This document shows positions 12,685-24,304 of a DNA stretch of 64,000 nucleotides, piece by piece; positions within the stretch are counted from its first letter, which is position 1; the number at the start of each line of letters is the position of its first letter. A program made the position numbers and the translations under genes. Below the pieces are notes generated by a model. The model worked only from the letters and a program-made list of their open reading frames with translations. It was not told the DNA's origin and did no database searches. Origin of the DNA: Eledone cirrhosa (Eukaryota); the NCBI GenBank assembly GCA_964016885.1, contig OZ024740.1, positions 421,290,001 to 421,354,000 on the forward strand, written 5' to 3'.

Positions 12685-12785
12685 AGATAATATATATAGC
12701 TACAATGTTATACCACATATAATAAATATAACTACAATGTTATAATATATATATAGTTACAATATAATAAATATAGCGACAATGA
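12685..12785. repeat. Degenerate remnant of the ~33-bp minisatellite
   Basis: tatatatagctacaatgttataccacatataat...ctacaatgttata...gcgacaatg is the same motif as 6165-9917. Confidence 0.75.
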
Positions 12786-12794
12786 AATATTTAC

Positions 12795-12870
12795 TTTCAT
12801 TGATTCCAGAATTTCAGCACATTCTTTATGTAAAGTACGGTTGGATATTTTTGAGGCAATCTTAACTCCA
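12795..12870 (-). CDS. WDR19: WDR19/IFT144 internal coding exon
   Basis: ttccag|T...AAA|gtaaat. Translates GVKIASKISNRTLHKECAEILESMK, like WDR19 [25 protein letters not shown]. Confidence 0.92.
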
Positions 12871-12999
12871 CTGGAAATAGAAACACAAACATGAAATAAG
12901 ACAGTAAAGAGATATCGGTATAACTGTCAAAACATTTTAACAACTCAGTCTTACTCTAACAATTCCAACATTGTTTATTGAGGCAAGTATGGTGTCTAA

Positions 13000-13387
13000 C
13001 CCTTTAGCATTTAAACCACCCATATCTGGCCAGAATTCTCTCACCTCTTTCTGTTTAAACTGGCCATAACTGGTCACTCATACTAATGTTAAGGTGTTGT
13101 TCTCAAAATAAATAGCATCAAAATCTCATAGATTCAATATTATGTGAGATAAAGCCTTTACCGTGAAAATACAATAGTATATATAGAGTAATGTAAATGT
13201 TATGTGAGGTAAGGCCTTTACCGTGAAAATACAATAGTATATATAGAGTAATGTAAATGTTATGTGAGATAAAGCCTTTACCGTGAAAATACAATAGTAT
13301 ATATAGAGTAATGTAAATGTTATGTGAGATAAAGCCTTTACCGTGAAAATACAATAGTATATATAGAGTAATGTAAATGTTAAAGGG
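13000..13387. mobile_element. piggyBac-type MITE containing a 4 x 60-bp tandem repeat
   Basis: TIRs CCCTTTAGCATTTA and TAAATGTTAAAGGG. Flanks (ctaa, tttg) are only degenerate TTAA. Confidence 0.6.
13138..13382. repeat. 60-bp minisatellite, 4 copies
   Basis: Four near-identical 60-nt units tatgtgagataaagcctttaccgtgaaaatac.... Confidence 0.95.
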
Positions 13388-13445
13388 TTTGAGTAGCAGG
13401 AAGAGAGGATTTATATCACTTTATTATTTATTTATGTATTTAATC

Positions 13446-13632
13446 AATTTAAACGTCCGTATAGAGCTAGTAAGCCATGACAGACTAGGGGAAGTATCTA
13501 GTACTTCTTATAGTTGAGAAACAAAAACTAGATATACAGAGATAAGTGGATATAAAAATAAAAATAAATTTAAACGTCCGTATAGAGCTAGTAAGCCGTG
13601 ACAGACTATGGGCAGTATCTAGTACTTCTTAC
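13446..13632. repeat. Local direct duplication (~65 bp, 120-bp period)
   Basis: aatttaaacgtccgtatagagctagtaagcc.tgacagacta.ggg.agtatctagtacttctta occurs at ~13446 and ~13567. Confidence 0.85.
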
Positions 13633-13714
13633 AGTAAATGTGAGAGTCACTGCTTCCATTGCCGAATGGAATAAAATTCAGAAATACTAGGACTTATGAA
13701 ATAATTATTTTTTC

Positions 13715-14060
13715 TAGCCTGTGGCGTTCAAGACATTCGGTGGAGTTGGGCTGCTGACAGTGAAGTTCTTGTCATCACTGAAGGCTCACCTTACTGAGGT
13801 GTCAGGTGATGCCCTTGAGGGTGCCTGGTTATTTCAGCACCCTAGCTTCGCCATCACCCGTGGTAATGCTGCAAGCGTGTTGTCTTGTCTCAAAGTGTGT
13901 AGTTAACTCCTAATGTGTGAGGTGTCACACTTAGTGGTGAATTGTCCCCCCCCCCCCCCCAACACACACACACCCAACCCCACCCCTTCCTTTATCGTTA
14001 TTGTTCAATGAAATATATTATTATATTTTTATACTGTGAATAACAAAAATAAAAATAAAG
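13715..14060 (+). mobile_element. 3' fragment of an RLE-type (CRE-like) non-LTR retrotransposon
   Basis: Peptide PVAFKTFGGVG...FL..L...L...SGDALEGAWLFQHPSFAITRGNAASVL resembles the CRE-clade C-terminus (ETLGGWG...LFQRLSVAIQRGNA). It is followed by a stop, a short UTR and an A-rich tail. Confidence 0.6.
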
Positions 14061-14231
14061 TGCATTAAAAATAAAGTGCATTAAAAACAAGATATACAAA
14101 GTTAAGTGAAAATATAAAAACAATATTTAAATAGAGAAGGCTGAGAGGCGAAACAAGCATAAAAACAAAGGATAAAGAAAAAATTGTGAGATATTCACAC
14201 TAAAATTGAAATAATAAAAAATGGGACTTCA

Positions 14232-14445
14232 TAATGTCCTGGGTTTGATTTCTGGACTGGGTTGTGTTGTGTTCTTGAGCAAGACACTTCATTTCACATT
14301 GCTTCAGTATACTCAGCTAAAAATGAGTACCAGCAATAGCTGGGGGTTTAACCCTGCAATGGACTGGCATCACGTCCAGGAGGGAGTCTTGTACTCTCAG
14401 TCACTTCCCACCATGTAAACTGGGATAAGCAGTGGCCTGATGTGC
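14232..14445 (+). mobile_element. 5'-truncated SINE with conserved central domain (V-domain-like segment)
   Basis: Decayed B box gggtttgatttc, then gtgttcttgagcaagacactt, ccctgcaatggactggcatcacgtccagg and ctgggataagc. Confidence 0.55.
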
Positions 14446-14981
14446 CCCCTGTCTCAAGACAAACAAGCTTTAGAGTTTATAAGAACTGAGTTCAAGATCC
14501 CTTGTATGTCTCGACTAGACAACGTCTTCTTCTATATGATTTAATCCTTCTTAGCAGACAACTGAAATATCTCTACATTTATATTTTTCAGTAACAATGT
14601 TTATTGTCTTTATTACAAACAAAAACACGGGGGGGGGGGGGGGGGGGGGGGCGTATAGGGAAGATTATCGCCCGTTTGTCTTCCTCTTTAAATTATTTAT
14701 TTTTTCTACATCTTTAACTTTGTACCAAGCAATCGTGATTACTAAAACTTCTTTCTTTTCAGTTCTGCTCTTCATTTATCTTTCCTTATTTTTCATTCCT
14801 TTCTGTCATTAGGTATGTTAAATTTTCTAACCTTTCAATTAGAGATTTATGTCAAACTATAACTTCTCATGTTCTTGTGTTTCAGACTTCATAAACAAAA
14901 TATTTTGGCTTCCTTTCAGAGATCTGTTCCGCAGCCTCTCTCGCCACCACTGGTAAATCATTTAAATTTGTCTGTACTTAC

Positions 14982-15220
14982 CGCCTAATGTCTCCAATTC
15001 GAATGGCCATGCGAGCTGTTCCTCCAGCACAGTTTTTGTTGTGTTCTTCATCACCTTCCCGATGCGTAATACCTTGTTCATAATGGCTAAGAGCTTCCAT
15101 GTACTGTCCAGTGAGTTCCAACTCTTCAGCTGATTCCAAAGAAATAAACGGAATACTTTCGGGATCTAAAACTTTAGCAAGTTGGAGAGCACTGTCCCAC
15201 TGTAAAAGATCTTTTCGCAT
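14982..15220 (-). CDS. WDR19: WDR19/IFT144 internal coding exon
   Basis: tgatag|ATG...GCG|gtaagt. Translates [52 protein letters not shown]...MAIRIGDIR, a strong match to WDR19 [27 protein letters not shown]...MSIRMGDIRR. Confidence 0.95.
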
Positions 15221-16980
15221 CTATCAATGAACAGAATAAAATAAAAGTATGATAAATATGATTCAATTTACTCCAGGATAACATATTTTTCCTCAACTTT
15301 GCAACATGGAACTGTTCTGCAATAAAATATGGGACTGTTCTACATGTCTACACCTTACTTCCACTTAAAACAATCTGCTACATTTACTTACTATTCCATG
15401 TACTCTGTACTCTCTAAGAATAATATTCCAAATATTTTATGAACTCTCGGGTCTCCAATAATCTTCCCTCACTGCTTATTAATTTTTCAGACCCCCACCC
15501 CCACTTATTAGATTTTGCTCACCTATCTCCAGTGAAAGTTTATTCTCAGTGGTAGCATTCCTGTGATAATTAATTTTCTTTATACATTAAAAAACATTAT
15601 ATATGACAAAAAAGTACATTAGAAGATATTTCATACGTCATAAAATAAATAGGATGGGTCGGGGTCTCAATATGTAAACTAAACAACTAATTCTGTTTTT
15701 TTTTTTTTAAATCAACAGAGACAACCTAGAAAAATGACCGATTTTCTATCTCTTCACTTAGTCCAACCCTGCCCGCTAATTTTTGGTACCCAAAAGTAGT
15801 TCAAGGAAAACTGCCTCCTGGAACTCACATCCTCCATCAATATACTAATCTCTATTTGCTTATACTCCACATCAACCGCAAACATTTCTAAATCTTTCTT
15901 TCCATTCCTCAAATCTTAAATGCCTCCCTCTGAGCAGGGCCATATCTAGACCTTGGGAGGCCTGGGGCGGACCCCCTCATATAACAACAACAAACACTTT
16001 AAGGGCTGCTTTCTGTTATTAAAAGTTAGCAGGGGCCTTGTTTAAAAAAAAGGGGAGGGTGGCTGTTTGAAAATGAGCCCTGTCTGGAGGGATGGGGAGA
16101 GCCATTCTTATAGGGGTCTCTATTTGACAAGGAGTATCTCTGGTCATTTTCCCCCTCCACCCCCGATAAATGCGGCCACATACAATATATGTAAAGATGA
16201 ATCTTCCTTTCCTTTTACCAGGCTGAGGAGAGTTGACAACCTTTGTTACCAAATGGTACTCAACCCAAGTCTGGAACAGTGACTGATGACATTCAAATAC
16301 TGTTGCTGTTGTTGTTGATGTTGTTTGGCTCCAAGTCAACCCTGATTGAGCAGTTGTTCTATAGGGCAGAAAATGTTTGTGTCTGATTTGAGGTAGGTTT
16401 GGCTGATAATTGTAGATCAAGTGATGGCATATAAGCTCTCTGGTTGGATCAGCCAAGACTTGCTTTTAGTGCTAATATCAAATTCTGCCCTGTAACCAGT
16501 AGCCAGTCATGTTTTCTGTTACACAAGCCGATCTTAGCACTGTAACCTTATCACAGAAGGCAAGAAAGCTAAAGAAGTGAAATGACAGAGATGAAATAGG
16601 CCTCATGTTTTCAGTAACACAAGCAGTAGTAAGAAACTCTCAAGAGAGCAGAAGGTTTTCAGAGAAGAAACCCCCACCTCAGGGATGACCATCTAACAGA
16701 GTGGATTGGATGCTTTTTTGTCATGTCATCAGTACAACCACCTTATAGGGTTGACTCAACACTTGTCACATCATTAGAATGACCATTTAACAGGGTGGAC
16801 TGGGCACTTTTTGTTGTGTCACCAGTAAAACCACTATAGAGAGTGGACTGGGTACCTCTTATCATGTCACCAGTATGACCACCATTACATGGAGGACTGG
16901 GTATATATTTTAAATTATAGTAACAGCAAAGTTCAGTATATCAACAATTAAAAGAATAAAATGTCAGATATTTACATAAA

Positions 16981-17394
16981 CTAGCAGAAAACCACCCTTC
17001 GGTGTGTATATTGATATTATACGCAAGTATATATACATGTAGATATGATACATCAAATAAAATCGTAATTGACAATATACACAGAAATTGAACAGATACA
17101 TTAAAAAAAGATGATATTATATATAAATTGCATTAGGAGAAAATTAGTGACGGAAATATATGAATGTTTATTTAAGCGATCGCTAACCGGAAGTGTTGAC
17201 ATTTGAAAATTTTAAAGAAGTGAATCTTTAAATAAGCAATAAAATATATTTAATCAAGAGCTACGAAATTTAGTAGATAAATTATGTAATATTCATTCAT
17301 TATTTATTCAAAGTAATCCAACTTATTTTGCAAATGGGATAAAGAAATTTATTATGGACAGACTCCCACACTCCTTTCTTTATTATAGTTAAGA
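16981..17394 (-). mobile_element. Non-autonomous Helitron (414 bp)
   Basis: Minus strand: A|TCTTAACTATAATAAAG ... CACACCGAAGGGTG hairpin, GTTTTCTG, CTAG|T. This gives 5' TC, 3' CTAG, a subterminal hairpin, an A-T target and no TSD. Confidence 0.72.
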
Positions 17395-17414
17395 TTTAAG
17401 GAAATCATTTTTAC

Positions 17415-17525
17415 CTCCAATGCTTCTTTTGGTCGAGAAGAAGACAGGAACGATTCTTGTGCCAAATTGAACTCTTTCAGAATCATAGCAATGTAACCAA
17501 TTAATAGATTCCATTCCTCAATTTT
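17415..17525 (-). CDS. WDR19: WDR19/IFT144 internal coding exon
   Basis: ctctag|AAA...GAG|gtaaaa. Translates KIEEWNLLIGYIAMILKEFNLAQESFLSSSRPKEALE, like WDR19 [37 protein letters not shown]. Confidence 0.92.
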
Positions 17526-17606
17526 CTAGAGTTAAAAAAACAAATAAATAGAGTTTCAATACATTTTAAACATTTATTTATAAAATGGCTGCCAAGTTTT
17601 TCAATA

Positions 17607-17740
17607 ACATATATACTCAAATATAATCTGCACCTTATTTTATGTCTGAGAAATGAGCAAAAATCCAAACCAATATGTATAAGCCAAAGCAGTTAATCAA
17701 CACATTGTTTTAATGGCATATATAAGCACCCCACCCCTTC
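17607..17740. mobile_element. MITE, partial copy 2
   Basis: Same core as 5290-5485 and 20107-20304. Confidence 0.6.
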
Positions 17741-17829
17741 ACATACAGAAGAACTCTTTAATAAACATGTTAGATGGCGTTAAATATGACATGTGACATT
17801 AAACAATGATTAAGTAGCAGAATTCTTAC

Positions 17830-17891
17830 CCCAATTTCCTTCAGATCCATCACCATAGCAGGACACCTGATTTGTCGATAAATCTCAATAG
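17830..17891 (-). CDS. WDR19: WDR19/IFT144 internal coding exon
   Basis: ttaaag|CT...GGG|gtaaga. Translates (A)IEIYRQIRCPAMVMDLKEIG, like WDR19 [21 protein letters not shown]. Phases fit. Confidence 0.88.
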
Positions 17892-18501
17892 CTTTAATAG
17901 ACATATGATAAACGATGTGAGAACTGGTCAGCTTTTAATTTTTAATCTGTTCAATCATATAACTACACTAGAACCCTTTTGACTTCTCTCCTTTTTCTTA
18001 TTCCTAACCTAATTAGACTTTTATAAAGGAGAGTTCCTTTCAGTCTTTCTCTTTCTTCACTTCATATCAACAACATTGACAAAATCCTTCTCCTAAGCAT
18101 CACTATAAATATCACCCCTATCATAAATATCATTACATTGACAGCTATATATGAACTTTCATATGAATTTCCGTTTGTATTTTTCACATCTTAAAACTTA
18201 ATCTAATTCTTTTGCGGCACATCTAGTTACATCTCACGGCACATCAGTGTGCCACAGTGCATGATTTGGGAACTATTGTTCTACACTGTCCCAGACAACC
18301 CTGGTATCATATCCGGGTAAAGATTTCATCCATTTACATTAATATACATTCAGGTCTTGAATACCCCCCCCCCCCCTCCTCCACATATCAATTTTTCAGA
18401 CTAGTAACCTCTATTTCTAAACTGGAATGACATTTTTATCCCAAAGTCATTGATGCATGTACAATTGATATTACAATTTTATGTTATTATAAATACATAC
18501 A

Positions 18502-18684
18502 GTAGAAATATATAAAGGGCAAAGGATGACAAATAAAGCAAAATTAAGTAATGTTTTACCCAGTAAATGTTTTGAACATTTGAAAAGAGGGTAATAGCTC
18601 TGAAATATCGTGTTGAAATATACTGGGTAAAACATTACTTTGTTTTGTTTTATTTGTCATCCTTTTCCCTTTATATATTTCTAC
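18502..18684. repeat. Inverted repeat, ~63-bp arms with ~56-nt spacer
   Basis: gtagaaatatataaagggcaaaggatgacaaataaa...gtaatgttttacccagta pairs with tactgggtaaaacattac...tttatttgtcatccttttccctttatatatttctac, with few mismatches. Confidence 0.85.
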
Positions 18685-18994
18685 CACATTATACCGGCTT
18701 TTTGAAACTTATCAGTCATTTATTACATATTTCACAATGGTTCATACTAACTATACTACTACATGTTGTTATATTTATCTTTCATTAACGGCAGCCATAT
18801 TGATGAAGGCTTGGTTATGGATGATGTTATATATGTTGAAAAACTCAACAAAAACATTGAACTCCTAGACATAGGCAAAGACAACACAAAAGACATAGAA
18901 TGTTCACCTCTGAAGGTGATGCTCTATCCTGGCCTTAGCTGTGATGATTAAAACAGTGTCTTTTTCTATATTTTTTTTTACTCTGTTTTGTGTT

Positions 18995-19234
18995 GTACAA
19001 ACTGAACTTCAGGGGCAGTCATGAAGACATTAAGAAGGTGAAGGAGGCTGTAACAATAGTCATAGACACCTTCACTTTGAAGGACTTCTATGAGGCCTTC
19101 ACAAAGTGGTTGGAGCCCTACAAGTGTATTAAAGTCAGAGGATCCTACTTTGAAAGAGATTAGAGTTTTTGTTATTCTTTGAAATGAATAAATGTCTCTC
19201 CTGAAGTCTCAAAACTTCCTGAATGCACCTTGTA
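18995..19234 (+). mobile_element. 3' end of a mariner-type DNA transposon
   Basis: 19023-19163 translates EDIKKVKEAVTIVIDTFTLKDFYEAFTKWLEPYKCIKVRGSYFERD*, the mariner transposase C-terminal W..R..KCI...G.YFE pattern. Then AATAAA and a TIR-like end aaaacttcctgaatgcaccttg|TA. Confidence 0.78.
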
Positions 19235-19296
19235 TGTTTAGAACATTGAAAGTTTAAACACATTAATAAAAAGATTTCTAAGTAAAATAATTATAC

Positions 19297-19665
19297 ATAG
19301 TTGATTAAATTTGCCCCAGTATTTTACTGGTACTTTTATTTTATCGACCCCAGGAGGATTAAAGGCAGAGTTCATCTCAGTAGCATTTGAACTCAGAATG
19401 TAAAGAGTTGCAACAGATGCTGCCAAGCAACTGTCATTCCACCATCTTTAAAAATATCAATAATAATTGTTTCTACTATAGGCACAAAACCAGCAATTTG
19501 AAGGGGAGAGGAAAGTTAATTAAATCACCCCCAGTACATTACTGGTGCTTTATTTATCAATCCCGTAAGGATGAAAGGCAAAGCTAACCTCGGCGTGATT
19601 TAAACTCAGAACATAAAGGGCCGTTGAATGCAAGATGATGACAATGACAAACCGCCAGCACCACC
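19297..19665 (-). mobile_element. Two tandem tRNA-derived SINE copies
   Basis: Two copies of cccagt..tt.actggt.cttt.tttatc...ccc..aggat.aa.ggca.ag...acctc...tt.aactcagaa, the same family as 4740-5005. Confidence 0.75.
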
Positions 19666-19700
19666 ATTTTTACATCTACTTTTACCAAAAAGTCCTGTAC

Positions 19701-19798
19701 CTTTATCAATTTCAAGGTTTCTAAGAGCAGCTTCTGCTACTAACTCCCAATTACTCCTGGTATCAAGAACTTCACACAACCTTCGACAATCTTGCCAC
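19701..19798 (-). CDS. WDR19: WDR19/IFT144 internal coding exon
   Basis: ttctag|G...AAG|gtacag. Translates WQDCRRLCEVLDTRSNWELVAEAALRNLEIDK, like WDR19 [31 protein letters not shown]. Confidence 0.9.
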
Positions 19799-20106
19799 CT
19801 AGAAGTAAAATAAAATAATATATTTACACTTACATACATAACACAGGGATTTTTCTCAAAAAATCATAAAGTAAGAATATACTATCAGCACTTTTATCCA
19901 TATTTTCTGGAAGATTTGATAGATTAGAATGTTAGGTTCTTTATTTCTTTTCTTCACAAGGTTTATTTAAACTATCATATGTATTGGACCTCACCTGTGG
20001 GGTCTAGTTCTCTAAATTCCTTTTGGATTTGGTTAAAGTTGGGATCAGAATTACAGTGAAGATTAACAGTAGAGTGTACCATGTGCTCCTTAAAACAACT
20101 ACATTA

Positions 20107-20304
20107 TCCCACACTTACTGAATATAAGCCAACCCCCCTATTCCTATTTTATGTCTGAGAAATAGGCAAAAATCCAAACCTCATTCATAAGCCGAGGCAT
20201 ATACTCAATACATTGTTTAGATGGCAAATATATAAACCAACCCTCATTTTACCATTGATTTTTGGTCATGTATTTCCTTGGCTTATATTTGAGTATATGT
20301 GGTA
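20107..20304. mobile_element. MITE, copy 3
   Basis: Ends ccacacttactgaatataagccaa and ttggcttatatttgagtatatgtggta form TIRs. Core shared with copies 1 and 2. Confidence 0.7.
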
Positions 20305-20474
20305 AATATATGTTATTCATGCAGAAGGCATAACTCAGAAGCATTCCAATGTCAATATTTTAAACTGCCAAGTCAGTGAATAATCTTCAGACAAAAACTA
20401 TATCCTCTCAGTTATCCCAAGATGAACTGGCAGCAGACAACAGAGACCTGAAACCTGTCAACAAAAGTTGGAAA

Positions 20475-21394
20475 GATGTATTGATAGATGTAACTGACCA
20501 TGGTCATTGGAACACTTTGGCTGTCTCATGTGTCTCAAGATGTGGGATGTATTGATAGATGTAACTGACTGTGGTCATTGGAGCACTTTGGCTGTCTCAT
20601 GTGTCTCAAGATGTGGGATGTATTGATAGATGTAACTGACTGTGGTCATTGGAGCACTTTGGCTGTCTCATGTGTCTCAAGATGTGGGATGTATTGATAG
20701 ATGTAACTGACTGTGGTCATTGGAGCACTTTGGCTGTCTCATGTGTCTCAAGATGTGGGATGTATTGATAGATGTAACTGACTGTGGTCATTGGAGCACT
20801 TTGGCTGTCTCGTGTGTCTCAAGATGTGGGATGTATTGATAGATGTAACTGACTGTGGTCATTGGAGCACTTTGGCTGTCTCATGTGTCTCAAGATGTGG
20901 GATGTATTGATAGATGTAACTGACTGTGGTCATTGGAGCACTTTGGCTGTCTCATGTGTCTCAAGATGTGGGATGTATTGATAGATGTAACTGACCATGG
21001 TCATTGGAGCACTTTGGCTGTCTCATGTGTCTCAAGATGTGGGATGTATTGATAGGTGTAACTGACCGTGGTCATTGGAACATTTTGGCTGTCTCGTGTG
21101 TCTCAAGATTTGGGATGTATTGATAGATGTAACTGACCATGGTCAGTGGAGCACTTTGGCTGTCTCGTGTGTCTCAAGATGTGGGATGTATTGATAGGTG
21201 TAACTGACTGTGGTCATTGGAGCACTTTGGCTGTCTCATGTGTCTCAAGATGTGGGATGTATTGATAGATGTAACTGACCATGGTCATTGGAACACTTTG
21301 GCTGTCTCATGTGTCTCAAGACATGGGATGTATTGATAGGTGTAACTGACCATGGTCATTGGAACACTTTGGCTGTCTCATGTGTCTCAAGATG
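20475..21394. repeat. 71-bp minisatellite, ~13 copies
   Basis: gatgtattgatagatgtaactgactgtggtcattggagcactttggctgtctcatgtgtctcaagatgtgg repeated in tandem. Confidence 0.96.
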
Positions 21395-22021
21395 CCAGGG
21401 CTTCTAAGTTTAAGTAAGTAAGTTGTGATTTGAGGAAAATTTGGTTGTTATTTCTAGCAGGTTCAGCAATTAAACAGAGGCTCCCTTGTTAAGTTAGTTT
21501 TAGTTGTTAGATCAGTATTCCTTTTAGAAAGAGGTCCAACCAATGAGCCAGACAAGCTCTCCTTACCCTCAGCTGCCCAGTATGTCTTCTTTAGTCAACT
21601 ATTCATGTTTTTCATAATTCAAGGATTTCATTGGAATTAAGTAACTATTAAGCTGATAAACCTAACCACCATAAAAACAATATCTTCAAATCAGATAACA
21701 TTTCAATCAAATGCTAGATCCTTTTAATTTATTCCCAACACAAACAAACTTTACTCTTGTATTCTACATATATATAAGAAGGTGTTGTAGTTTGCTTGAA
21801 GTATTGTGTTAGTGTATAAAGCAGTGTTATTTCAAGTCATAGACGGTAGATTTTAGAATAAATTGAAGGTATCAAAGATGTTGGTGTGTCACCTGTTATT
21901 TTGCCTTGTTACATTTTATTAAACTGGAATATTTTAAATCATAGTTCTGCTTCATTAGGGCTGATCTGGTGTAAACAACAACAACAATAACAACAACAGT
22001 TAAAACCCAGATAAATCTCAC

Positions 22022-22059
22022 CTTCTTAGTTTGATACATAATGACAAACTTTCTTGGAG
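22022..22059 (-). CDS. WDR19: WDR19/IFT144 internal coding exon (38 nt)
   Basis: ttgcag|CTC...AAG|gtgaga. Translates LQESLSLCIKLR(R). Phase 0 in, phase 2 out; both fit the neighbouring exons. Confidence 0.8.
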
Positions 22060-22139
22060 CTGCAATGAAATAAACCAGGTGTAAATGTTAAGTGGCATAT
22101 TTATTATATAATAAGATAACCAGAAATACACAGAAATAA

Positions 22140-22422
22140 ACATAACATACAGATACAGATACATATATACATATATACACAGATACATATATACACATAT
22201 ACAGATACATATATACACATATACATATATACACATATACATATATACACAGATATATATATACACAGATACATATATACACATATACATATATACACAT
22301 ATACATATATACACAGATATATATATACACAGATACATATATATACACATATAGATACATACACATATACATATATACACAGATATATATATATATACAC
22401 AGATGCATATATACACACACAC
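22140..22422. repeat. Compound (TA/CA/GA) microsatellite
   Basis: Low-complexity acatatatacacagat tract. Confidence 0.9.
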
Positions 22423-23815
22423 ATTCCAGATATATCACAGATAATATTCCTAAAGAGAGGTGAACTAAAGCAATACAGAGATACAACAAACTGCTAGCAG
22501 AACTCACACCTTACGAACAGGTAATGCAATAATATGCTATCCCTTCAACCATCTGGGATAAGCTAATGGGGAAGCCTTGACATGATCACTTTACCTGCTA
22601 GAAATAGCTGCTAAATCTCCCTCAAACTCAGAAAGGAAATGACACACTGGATAATGTAGTCTTTGATACATTGTGTGTGAAAAACATTGATGGTATGGTC
22701 ATGATTGGAATATCTTTAATCACAGGTGTGTCAGCTCATTTAGGGTTGACTTGTGGCTAAACACTAATAACAATATAAGTAATCTACAATAGGTGAAGGT
22801 GTGTGGTCCAGTGGTAAGGGTGTTGGACTGTGCATGTGAATTTTTGGAGTAAATACTTTTGTTACTCAATGTTTTTCTTGTCCCACTAAGAACCAATTTT
22901 CTATGTAAGAAAGAGATAATGTGAATGAAAGCACAGAACAGGCTTTGAACTGAGAGCTCTGCAATCAGCAACCCCCAAAATAACAACCTTGCAGCCTCTA
23001 TAATAGAAGAAAAATAAGAAGTATTGATACTTCAATCTTTAGATATTCCCTTGAAGACATTCATTTTCTCTGGAAACTAATCATTTCAAACCAGCTGGAA
23101 ATTAAAAACAATTCTCCCATCAAAATATGAAGAAGAGGTGGAATTTGCAGCTGAAATTTGAATATTTATTAAAGTGGATTTATCTACAACTAATACAAAA
23201 GTCCAGAGGAAAAGCAGCCATTTATAAAATCATTACAGTTGTAAACTTGAGCAGCTGTTTCTAGATCATCCAATCAATAGCTATAGCTACAGGGTAAAAT
23301 CTTTAATCCAAGAAAACTGATGTCAACAATAACTATTAGAAAATATGTTCAACTGCTGTAAGGAGTGAACCACCTCACATTTTTCTCAAATATACACACT
23401 CTGCCAAAAGAATGTATACACACTTCAGGGAAATAAAAGCTATTATAAATATTTAACTTGTTTAAATACTTCTATAAATATAAATACTTCTTTTGAAAGT
23501 TTGATCAAATTACAATGTCACTGGTGTAAATTAGTATTAACATATGTAATATTTGTGTGTTCATCCCACACTTCCCAGGACAGGTTGCAGGCCCATTGCC
23601 AGTTTTTGCAGTATGAAATGGAGACTGCAATATATTTTTTAACAGGCTCCTCTACCTAAGGCCTTAATGTGTCCCTTGTTAATCTACAGGAAGGATGATG
23701 TGATAAGATTCTTTTTGGTTAAAATATTTATACAAATTTTTTTTTCCTGAAGTATATGTACATTTTATTGGTTGACTCTGTATAAATGATCTGCCACAAA
23801 CATGATAATTTGTTT

Positions 23816-24108
23816 CTGAACAGAATATATTTGTATCCTCAAGTTGAATTTATTTCACTGAACAGAATATATTTGTATCCTCAAGTTGAATTTATTTAAC
23901 TGAACAGAATATATTTGTATCCCCTAGTTGAATTTATTTAACTGAACAGAATATATTTGTATCCCCTAGTTGAATTTATTTAACTGAACAGAATATATTT
24001 GTATCCTCTAGTTGAATTTATTTAACTGGACAGAATATATTTGTATCCCCTAGTTGAATTTATTTAACTGAACAGAATATGATATTTGTAACCCTTAGTT
24101 GAATTTAA
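23816..24108. repeat. 42-bp minisatellite, ~7 copies
   Basis: ctgaacagaatatatttgtatcc.ctagttgaatttatttaa repeated in tandem. Confidence 0.93.
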
Positions 24109-24304
24109 CTCTTTTGACACCAAGCCACCCCAAACTCCCACTGCTTCTATAAATGGTCCCTACTTAAATTAAAACCTTCCAACATAATTTTATATAAAAA
24201 TATGTTACAAATATCATCTTAATGAAATTATAATTTTAGTTAATCCTTCCTCATTAATTAATCAAAATACAAAGTATCTCATTAGAAATATGGTAATGAA
24301 AGGG
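24109..24304. mobile_element. piggyBac-type MITE
   Basis: TTAA|CTCTTTTGACACCA ... TGGTAATGAAAGGG|TTAA: TTAA on both sides and imperfect TIRs. Confidence 0.6.

Noticed and set aside
14130-14160. ctgagaggcgaaac, and similar strings near 5850 and 18700, as hammerhead ribozyme cores
   Set aside because: They do not match CUGANGA...GAAA with the required stems.
20475-21394. CRISPR-like regular array (also considered for the 24-, 42- and 60-bp arrays)
   Set aside because: Units are repeated in full with no unique spacers, there are no cas genes, and the context is a eukaryotic intron.
22018-22507. Three overlapping Tyr/Ile/Cys/Val-rich ORFs
   Set aside because: They are translations of a dinucleotide-type microsatellite. 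Only 22022-22059 is a supported exon.
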